From: Amoeboradix gromovi X-113
Taxonomy: Eukaryota; Fungi; Sanchytriomycota
Assembly (NCBI GenBank): GCA_018985225.1
Contig: JADGIF010000384.1
Location: 1-9,538, forward strand
Length of the DNA: 9,538 bases
Direction of reading: 5' to 3'
A program made the position numbers and the translations under genes. This document shows positions 1 through 6,283 of the stretch, one piece after another. Below the pieces are notes generated by a model. That model was not told where the DNA came from and searched no databases. It worked only from the letters and a program-made list of their open reading frames with translations. Every line of letters starts with the position of its first letter. Position 1 is the first letter of the stretch.

Positions 1-146
1 CCATAAAGTAATAAAGCTGAAATAATGTTCCAAGTTGTTACAGAAAGTTAGTCTAGTTTTTATATTTGATGTCCCAGATGCTTTTCAGCAACTTATAAAA
101 TGTGTGAATATGAAGTCTAATGATGTACATTTATTTTGTGGATCAC

Positions 147-1970
147 CTAAAAGGGTTTATGATATATCGAGTGCGGAGATAAACTACTCTTATAATTCAT
201 TCTAGTTGATTTCGTGTCAATTTTGTTAATTTCATGGACGATCGTTTTCACTCTGCTCTTTGGCACACCTTCAATTTCTGGAGTAACTAATATGATAGGG
301 CTATCCGCAACTACTCTTCTAGACTCTCCCATAGGCTCAGAATTATAATTTACAGGCTTCTGTTCAGTCTCTTCATCAACAGTCCTGGAGGCCTTCCTGC
401 TTGCTAAGCGTGTATCATTTTCTAGCGTCTCATCTCTTGAACAACTAACTGTCTTGGGAACATTAGCGCTGTAAATTCTCTCTGTATTTTTAGGATTCAT
501 AACATTCGACACAAGTTTAGCCACGCCTTGAGACTCTTGATCAGCTTGCGGTGCATCATCGACATACTCTGTAAGCATATCGGCTGTTGCAGAAGATATT
601 TCTTTCGCCGAATAGGTACACTCGTCACTAGAATCATCAGACGACAATATCGAACTGAATTTAGATAGTTTGTTCAGTTTTTCCATTCGCTCGTTATCTT
701 TCGCATCGATTTTTAAATCGGATTTACCGATCCGGAAGCCAAGACTTGCTAAAAGCGAGCTGTTTCGTTTTCTTTTATTTTCCTTTGGACTTGACACATC
801 GGAATTCATATTCATCGATCTAGAGGCTGATAAATGCAGACTGTTTTGAGAATTCGGGCTACTGTTGGCTACAAGCTCTGGGTTTTTCCTACTTTTAAGT
901 CCCAACTTCACAAAAAACAATTTGAAGGCTCTCGCAAATCTATCCTTTATAGAACTCCACTTATAAAGATTATACTTTTGCTTTCGTCTTAGCATCATTA
1001 GTGTTAAAAAAAGAAAAATAATCAAACCAACACCAACAAAGGCAATTGATGTAGCTGAGGATGGAGGTGAAGAACCTTGCTCTACAGTAGGTGCAGATTT
1101 GGTCGATACTGAGCTTGGAATACTTTCAGTTAAGTTATCTGAACATGCTTTTAAATTACAAATACCAGCGATCTCTGGTGAGGCGCAATCAAACGAGTTA
1201 CCAGTGTTATCACCGCAATCTTTGATACTCAAAGCCTTCAGTTGACCGGTAAACCTATTGTTTGCAAGATTGAGTTCCTTTAATGAATTAGGTAACTGCG
1301 GAAGTTCTCCAGTCATTTCAGCATCCAAAATCATAAGAGTGATTAGCTTGGTAAAGCTTGATATTCTTTCTATACTTGACAATTTAAAACTTACTTCGAG
1401 CGTGAAGATTGCTGGATTTAACTTAAGCAAGTCCAAACTTTGGATTTTTGTTCCCTGTAAACCTAATGATACTGGCTTGTAGCTGGAAAGGCCTACTATA
1501 GGATTGTTTATGGCGAAGATCTGAGGAGTGTAATCTGTAACGGCTGCCGGTATGGTGCCCGTTATTTGGTTATTGTTTATTTTAAGTTGCTGGCTTGGAC
1601 CATTGAAACACGAAGGAATATCACCGGATATATTGTTATCGCTCAAATCTAATATAGTCACTCTCTGTAAACTGCAATCTAGCGATCCGCCAATTCCTAG
1701 ATTCGAAAGTTCAATAAACTGCAAACTGGATGCCGCCAAACGCAGTTTGAAATCAGACACGACTTCGGAGTAATCTTTTGATCCAATATCCATGTCTTTA
1801 ATCGTAAGTACAACCAATTCTTGAAATACGGAGAAGTCAGGCAGTCCTGATAAGGTTTGACCTTCCAATGTAATATGTGTGATTTGGTCACCCTCACATT
1901 TAGCAACTGCTGTTGTACAACAATCCGAAGTTACTCCCTCGACGAAAGCAGCCAAGTCAGAGCATGACAT
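147..1970 (-). CDS. LRR receptor-like single-pass membrane protein with plant-specific-type LRRs and a long low-complexity cytoplasmic tail (no kinase domain)
   Basis: 607-aa ORF. Cys-rich N-cap (CSDL..DCC..KC). LRRs LDLSDNNISGDIPSCF, LKINNNQITGTIP and LNLANNRFTGQL fit the LxxLxLxxNxxxGxIP consensus. Cys-rich C-cap, Ser/Thr/Pro stalk, hydrophobic TM IAFVGVGLIIFLFLTLMML followed by basic RRKQK, then a Ser/charged tail. Paralogous to 3534-4757. Confidence 0.88.
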   Translation of the reverse strand: MSCSDLAAFVEGVTSDCCTTAVAKCEGDQITHITLEGQTLSGLPDFSVFQELVVLTIKDMDIGSKDYSEVVSDFKLRLAASSLQFIELSNLGIGGSLDCSLQRVTILDLSDNNISGDIPSCFNGPSQQLKINNNQITGTIPAAVTDYTPQIFAINNPIVGLSSYKPVSLGLQGTKIQSLDLLKLNPAIFTLEVSFKLSSIERISSFTKLITLMILDAEMTGELPQLPNSLKELNLANNRFTGQLKALSIKDCGDNTGNSFDCASPEIAGICNLKACSDNLTESIPSSVSTKSAPTVEQGSSPPSSATSIAFVGVGLIIFLFLTLMMLRRKQKYNLYKWSSIKDRFARAFKLFFVKLGLKSRKNPELVANSSPNSQNSLHLSASRSMNMNSDVSSPKENKRKRNSSLLASLGFRIGKSDLKIDAKDNERMEKLNKLSKFSSILSSDDSSDECTYSAKEISSATADMLTEYVDDAPQADQESQGVAKLVSNVMNPKNTERIYSANVPKTVSCSRDETLENDTRLASRKASRTVDEETEQKPVNYNSEPMGESRRVVADSPIILVTPEIEGVPKSRVKTIVHEINKIDTKSTRMNYKSSLSPHSIYHKPF

Positions 1971-1991
1971 TTAACTAAACTACTTCCGTTT

Positions 1992-2096
1992 GTTTAATAA
2001 AACCTGTTTTGCATGTAACTAATTTGTGTAAACCAATCATAGTGCATTTTTAGATCGTATTATGTTTGCCAACTGTTTAGTAAGCTTGCATAATTT
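1992..2096 (-). promoter_or_regulatory. Conserved proximal promoter block of LRR gene 1 (includes a CCAAT box)
   Basis: On the minus strand it reads AAATTATGCAAGC..AAACAGTTGGCAAACAT..TGATTGG..TTTATTAAAC, the same motifs in the same order as 3417-3508 upstream of the paralogue. Confidence 0.6.
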
Positions 2097-2209
2097 ATTT
2101 CAGTGTCTCTATGGTTTTTACGGTCATTTAACAATGCTGGCACCCAATCTGTTATTTTATCAATACATAAAATGTAACTCTGCGTGTGGCATGATTTTCT
2201 TGAATCAAG

Positions 2210-2277
2210 TTTAATGGAATAAAACATTTGTCACAATATGAGAGCTATATCGCTACATTATAGTCTCTTTCTAGACT
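2210..2277 (+). repeat. Dispersed ~65-bp repeat, copy A
   Basis: Aligns with 9471-9538 in direct orientation. Exact 14-mer GAGCTATATCGCTA (2242-2255 = 9504-9517) with flanking GAATAAA.CATTT.TCA and TAG.CTC..TTCTA.AC. Confidence 0.7.
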
Positions 2278-2511
2278 CTTCTTACATTACAAAATCTGAT
2301 TACTATTTCTTTTGATCTGCGATAAATGTCTCCAAATTGCAAAAAGCCGGAATGTATTAAATTTATCAATGTCACTATTTGATAGAGCTTGACTATTTTC
2401 TTGAATAGTCATTTATCGCGAATTTGTATATATTTTTGTATCATTTCAAGACTTTTCCAGATTTTTCTAATAGCTTAAACACTTGATATTCTTCCTTTTC
2501 GCAAATAGTAA

Positions 2512-2701
2512 ATGGAAACAAATTGTCATTTGGAAATAGATAGAGATCATATGGCTGCAAGGAACATATACATCAAGTATCTGCATCCTTGTTCAATCCC
2601 GCCTCAGGGTAGTGAAAGCGTGAGCGATCACTGTAACGGAGAAACTAGCATTAGTTTCTCTGCGGAAATTCTCGATTTTCTCGGAAATCAGGACTTTTAA
2701 C
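2512..2701 (+). pseudogene. TnpB/Fanzor (Fanzor2-like) 3'-terminal remnant, copy 1: end of the zinc finger plus RuvC-III motif
   Basis: The ORF translates as NCHLEIDRDHMAARNIYIKYL, matching the TnpB/Fanzor C-terminal signature C-x-x-x-x-DRD-x-N/M-AARNI. No upstream part of the protein is recognisable in front of it. Confidence 0.8.
2557..2701 (+). ncRNA. Putative omegaRNA (reRNA) scaffold and element right end, copy 1; a guide would be the ~15-20 nt after 2701
   Basis: Consecutive stems overlap and follow the TnpB-like 3' coding end: gcaagga/tccttgt with an inner stem (2557-2592); agtga/tcact capped by gc-GTGA-gc, a GNRA loop (2611-2632); cggagaaacta-gcat-tagtttctctg, 11 bp with one G-U (2637-2662); gatttt-ctcg-gaaatc (2674-2689); then GGACTTTTAAC. 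Homology with copy 2 ends at TTAAC. This is the known position of TnpB/Fanzor omegaRNAs. Boundaries are inferred. Confidence 0.62.
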
Positions 2702-2708
2702 GAGTAGA

Positions 2709-2943
2709 ATGGACTCTTGTATACTATGAAACTGGCTTAAAAACAAATTACTGTCCAAGGAAAGATAGAAGAGACTTGTTGAATGTAATGAAGCATTTAC
2801 TAGTCGAAATTGCACTACGTATGTAACTCCAATGAAAAGCAAACTTGAGACACATCCACAAGATGTTATCTGACAATGTGAAGTGCATGATAGTAAGGAG
2901 CATAGGCCTAAAATCTATGCGCACCTACTCAACATCACCCTAA
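2709..2943 (+). pseudogene. TnpB/Fanzor (Fanzor2-like) C-terminal remnant, copy 2, with stops and frameshifts
   Basis: The frame through 2736-2822 reads LKNKLLSKER*KRLVECNEAFTSRNCTTY, resembling the TnpB/Fanzor2 'F..KL..K....V..VNEAYTSKTC..C' segment. 2858-2878 (TRCYLTM) aligns with TNCHLEI of copy 1. 2887-2919 (MIVRSIGLKSM) aligns without gaps to MAARNIYIKYL. Confidence 0.72.
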
Positions 2944-3037
2944 AGTAGTAAGGCATGAGTAAGCAGTGTAACGGAGCTACTAAATATGCTAATTTTTGTG
3001 TGGAAATTTCTAATTCTTTTAAACGAGGAGTCTTAAC
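2893..3037 (+). ncRNA. Degenerate second omegaRNA-like scaffold, copy 2
   Basis: Colinear with 2557-2701. Shared blocks are GTAGT, TGAG, TGTAACGGAG, GGAAATT and AGGA.T.TTAAC. 2887-2949 matches 2551-2613 at 37 of 63 ungapped positions (hand count). Hairpin gcatagg-cctaaaa-tctatgc (2900-2920) is retained; the downstream stems are eroded. Confidence 0.5.
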
Positions 3038-3416
3038 TGGGATTAACCCGAGTTTTTATAGAGCAAGCAGTCCTCCTGTTCTCTCCAACTTCTTGACGAG
3101 AAAAACAACCTCGGTTGCTCTCTCTCAGCCCGGACAATACAACTACTCTTAACTTGAACAGTTTGTTCATCAAATTTCTATCCAGGTGTTGCTGACATTA
3201 GTAAGCCCAAAATAATTAATTTTTATCTTCAGATTTCACAGGCTTGTGCTTGTGTCCCTGAATAATTTAAGACTGGCTTAATGAACTCGTTTTTTAAATT
3301 AGTTCATTAGTTTTAATAAAGCTTAACCCGAAGCTTAAATACAAAGATGAAGCAACAATAGCATTTATTTCTCTCTTTTGAGTATTAAACCTAAAGCCAT
3401 ACACGTCTATTTGTTG

Positions 3417-3508
3417 AAATTAATGCAAGCAGTGCAAACGGTTTGCAAACATTATTGCATGACTGGATGTGATTGGATGACACTGCGAATCAGCTATATT
3501 TATTAAAC
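3417..3508 (+). promoter_or_regulatory. Conserved proximal promoter block of LRR gene 2 (includes a reverse CCAAT box)
   Basis: AAATTAATGCAAGC (3417-3430), AAACGGTTTGCAAACAT (3436-3452), TGATTGG (3470-3476) and TTTATTAAAC (3499-3508). Inverted homologue of 1992-2096. Confidence 0.6.
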
Positions 3509-3533
3509 TCACTACTAGCTTATCAATACCCTT

Positions 3534-4757
3534 ATGTCATGCTCTGATTTATCAAATTTTGTGAGAGTTCCAAGCTCAGGCACAGACTGTTGTAAAACCG
3601 AAAAAGTAAAATGCATTGGAAATCAGATTACTACAATCATTGTAAGCAGTGAAGGATTTGTTGACGAACCAGATTTCTCAAAGTTCCAAAGTTTAGACAC
3701 CATTATTCTTCATAACATGAACATGGGAACAAAGGACTACAGCTCAATAATAAAGGATTACAAGATATCAGAAGTACCTAATTTACAGTTCCTTGAAATG
3801 ACAAGAATGGGAATTACTGGATCCCTTGACTGTGAGTTACCCAAATTAAGCGTTTTGAATCTGAGTATGAATAACTTAGTAGGCGACATTCCTTCATGTT
3901 TCAATGGCCCCAGCCAAGAACTAAATTTAAATAATAATCAGATTAGCGGGCTGGTACCTAGTTCTGTGGCAGATGTTACTCCAGTTATAAAGATTATGTT
4001 TAATCCAATTATTGGATTATCTAGTTACAAGGCAACGTCCTTGTATCTGCAATACACAAAAATACCAGATTTGGATTTAGCCACTGTGAATCGGGATATT
4101 AATACTCTACAGGTTAGTTTCAACTTGGTGAATTTAGAAGAATTGACTCAATTTAACAATTTAACAATTTTGATGGTTTTGTCTGCAGGAATGTCTGGTG
4201 AACTTCCGCTGTTGCCAGACTCGCTAAGACAAATCAACCTTGGAGGTAACAGCTTTAGCGGACCTATTAAAGCGAAAAACATATTGGATTGTGGTAAAAA
4301 CATTGGAGACTCATTTACCTGTGGGTTCTCTTCAACAACTGCAAAATCTTGTAATATAAGCTTATGTGATGAATCTTTAATCAAAAGCATAATTTCAGAT
4401 CAAGGACATGTCACTAATTTTAACTCGAGTGTGCCAGAGACTAGTAGCCTATCTTTAACCCCTTTAGAAAGCGGTGGAATAATATGTGGGGCGGCAGTTC
4501 TAGTTTTTTTAGTTAGCTTTCTGATTTACAAGAAAAGAGTTTCTACCTTAAACAGCAAGCTATCGAATTCTCGGTCTAGTCGCAAACCAAGAAATAGCCT
4601 TAAAATAGACACGAGGAAAAACAGGAATTTATTCAGTTCAATAGCTACATTAGAAGAGGACGCTGGCGATTCACCTCACTCCAATGCGGAACCTAACTCT
4701 GCCACCGCTGCTGTATTGTCATCACAGTATCACGGAATTTTTCCAAGCAAAATATGA
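3534..4757 (+). CDS. LRR receptor-like single-pass membrane protein, paralogue of 147-1970, with a short cytoplasmic tail
   Basis: 407-aa ORF. Same MSCSDL start and an identical GDIPSCFNGPSQ block. LRRs LNLSMNNLVGDIP, LNLNNNQISGLVP and INLGGNSFSGPI. TM GGIICGAAVLVFLVSFLIY followed by KKR. Ectodomain roughly 40-50% identical to the other copy by eye. Confidence 0.88.
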   Translation: MSCSDLSNFVRVPSSGTDCCKTEKVKCIGNQITTIIVSSEGFVDEPDFSKFQSLDTIILHNMNMGTKDYSSIIKDYKISEVPNLQFLEMTRMGITGSLDCELPKLSVLNLSMNNLVGDIPSCFNGPSQELNLNNNQISGLVPSSVADVTPVIKIMFNPIIGLSSYKATSLYLQYTKIPDLDLATVNRDINTLQVSFNLVNLEELTQFNNLTILMVLSAGMSGELPLLPDSLRQINLGGNSFSGPIKAKNILDCGKNIGDSFTCGFSSTTAKSCNISLCDESLIKSIISDQGHVTNFNSSVPETSSLSLTPLESGGIICGAAVLVFLVSFLIYKKRVSTLNSKLSNSRSSRKPRNSLKIDTRKNRNLFSSIATLEEDAGDSPHSNAEPNSATAAVLSSQYHGIFPSKI

Positions 4758-5506
4758 CATACAAAGGGGTTTTATCGTAGGGATACAAGGCCGCTGGTTC
4801 AAATGTAAGTTACTTCTCAGATTCCTGGAAGAATTGCGATCCACGCGCTTTAATACTCGAAAAAGTGGTTTGAATAATCCCAATTACATCTCAAAATGTG
4901 AGCACAATTAGTAAATTAAATTTTGCATAGTGACTCAATGTTGACGGATTAGCAGTTTTTACGTTTTGCGCAGAATCTTAAGCTTTTTTCTATTTTATGA
5001 TGAAATTTACAACGGAATTGAATAGGGATGCGTAGATTTTAATTACATATCATTTTGCCATTTGATCAATTATGACTGCAAATGTTTTTCATTATTCTGG
5101 CTCTACAAAATTACGCAGAAAAAGAACTTATATCTGGTTCAATAGGCTATTTTGCTCGCACGTAAGACTGAAATATTATGATTTCTTTGCAGAAGAGATG
5201 GAATACTAGCGAATTAATAACTTGTTACTGGTAAAGTAAACCTTTTAAAGTTGAGAGGCCTCGAATTGCGACGTTCTCAGACTAGTTTCTGGGTGCATAA
5301 TAGTGCGTCTTGCAACAATTCGTGAACTCTTTAGTTTTGACATATTCTGGCTATGGCCATTTGGAGAAATTTTCAATACATAAAGGAAAGTCTATAAAGA
5401 AAGTGCAGTGTATGTTAATTGACGGCTTTCAGATTGCTATTGTTTATACAAAAAACACCGCGCTTTGAAGGTTGTGCTTAGTATTACCATGGTGCTTAAT
5501 CAAATA

Positions 5507-6283
5507 TTATTTATTTGCCTTAGTTTTAATAGTTTTCCCTGATACTTGAAATCCATTAGATATATCCTCAACAGCCAAAAGCCACTCAAATGGCCACCAA
5601 TGTACGATAGCTTGTATTTTGTATTCACCTTCAGGAACAGTCGGCATAATGAACGGAACTTCGATCTCACCGAAACCAATGTAGGGATAGGTCTCGGATC
5701 GAACAGCATAGCTAAGATATTTTCTTAATTGGCAATCCTCAAGGTTGTACTTCTTTCCAGCACTCGTAACTAAATAAATTGTGAGTCTTTTTAACCCAAA
5801 AGTGCTGTCTATTCCGTTGACAAAGGTTTTTAAAATACAATTTTGAGCAACAGAAATAGAGCTCTCACACTTGACAGAATAAACGTACATAAGCTTGTCG
5901 TGCATTACGTCTCTAGCGGCAGCAATAATAATCGATACAACCGCGGCCCCACCAATTGCTGCGACTGTTTTTAACTTTGGAATTTTGTTCCAAATTTCTC
6001 TGGGCTTGCTTGCAACTTCCCTGACAATTCTCTTTGCATCCGAGTAACCTGTTTTTATACTTTTTGCAATGGACTTAAAACTTATTTCATCGTAATTGAT
6101 ATTCGATGACACAGACGCAACTCTGCTTATATCGGAAGCAGTGTCTGAAGCTATTGAGCAAATGCATGTAAGTTGTAAAATAAACATTTGTAGCAACGGA
6201 TGGGAGACAAAGGATGACCAAGAGCAAATTACATCATTTGGCAAAAATAGTTGCAATCCTCCTTTTATTTCTACATGGGACAC
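5507..6283 (-). CDS. Hypothetical secreted/membrane protein; the true start is probably the ATG at 6187 (226 aa)
   Basis: 258-codon ORF in AT-rich DNA. The track start at 6283 is a non-ATG codon. The first ATG gives MFILQLTCICSIAS, which is signal-peptide-like. Internal hydrophobic segment VAAIGGAAVVSIIIAAA, then a beta-rich region with VPFIMPTVPEGEYKIQA typical of Ig-like sandwich folds. No family recognised. Confidence 0.7.
   Translation of the reverse strand: MSHVEIKGGLQLFLPNDVICSWSSFVSHPLLQMFILQLTCICSIASDTASDISRVASVSSNINYDEISFKSIAKSIKTGYSDAKRIVREVASKPREIWNKIPKLKTVAAIGGAAVVSIIIAAARDVMHDKLMYVYSVKCESSISVAQNCILKTFVNGIDSTFGLKRLTIYLVTSAGKKYNLEDCQLRKYLSYAVRSETYPYIGFGEIEVPFIMPTVPEGEYKIQAIVHWWPFEWLLAVEDISNGFQVSGKTIKTKANK

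Noticed and set aside
1258-1906. Short ORFs overlapping LRR gene 1 (1258-1482, 1552-1773, 1697-1906), and similar ones at 4148-4390, 5500-5709, 5546-5728, 6096-6311 and 8866-9054
   Set aside because: Antisense or alternate-frame shadows of longer, better-supported genes, with no recognisable motifs.
2551-3037. CRISPR array interpretation of the tandem repeat
   Set aside because: There are only two long (~150-180 nt), roughly 60% identical units, no short identical repeats with regular spacers, no cas genes, and the context is eukaryotic.
2955-3152. 65-aa ORF sharing CNGxT...F..EI with the 2512-2700 ORF, suggesting a small peptide family
   Set aside because: The similarity is explained by nucleotide homology of the two omegaRNA-like tracts. 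The ORF starts inside the scaffold and runs past its end into unrelated DNA.
3323-3331. TTAACCCGA also occurs at 3043-3051 within the putative copy 2 guide, a possible local target
   Set aside because: A 9-nt match is expected by chance in AT-rich DNA and does not cover the 5' seed end of the putative guide.
4684-4911. ORF overlapping the end of LRR gene 2 as a possible frameshifted continuation of its tail
   Set aside because: Its translation shows no similarity to the longer tail of the paralogue, so there is no evidence for a frameshift.
4931-4937. TGACTCA AP-1/Gcn4-type site
   Set aside because: A single 7-mer located between two convergent 3' ends, not in a promoter position.
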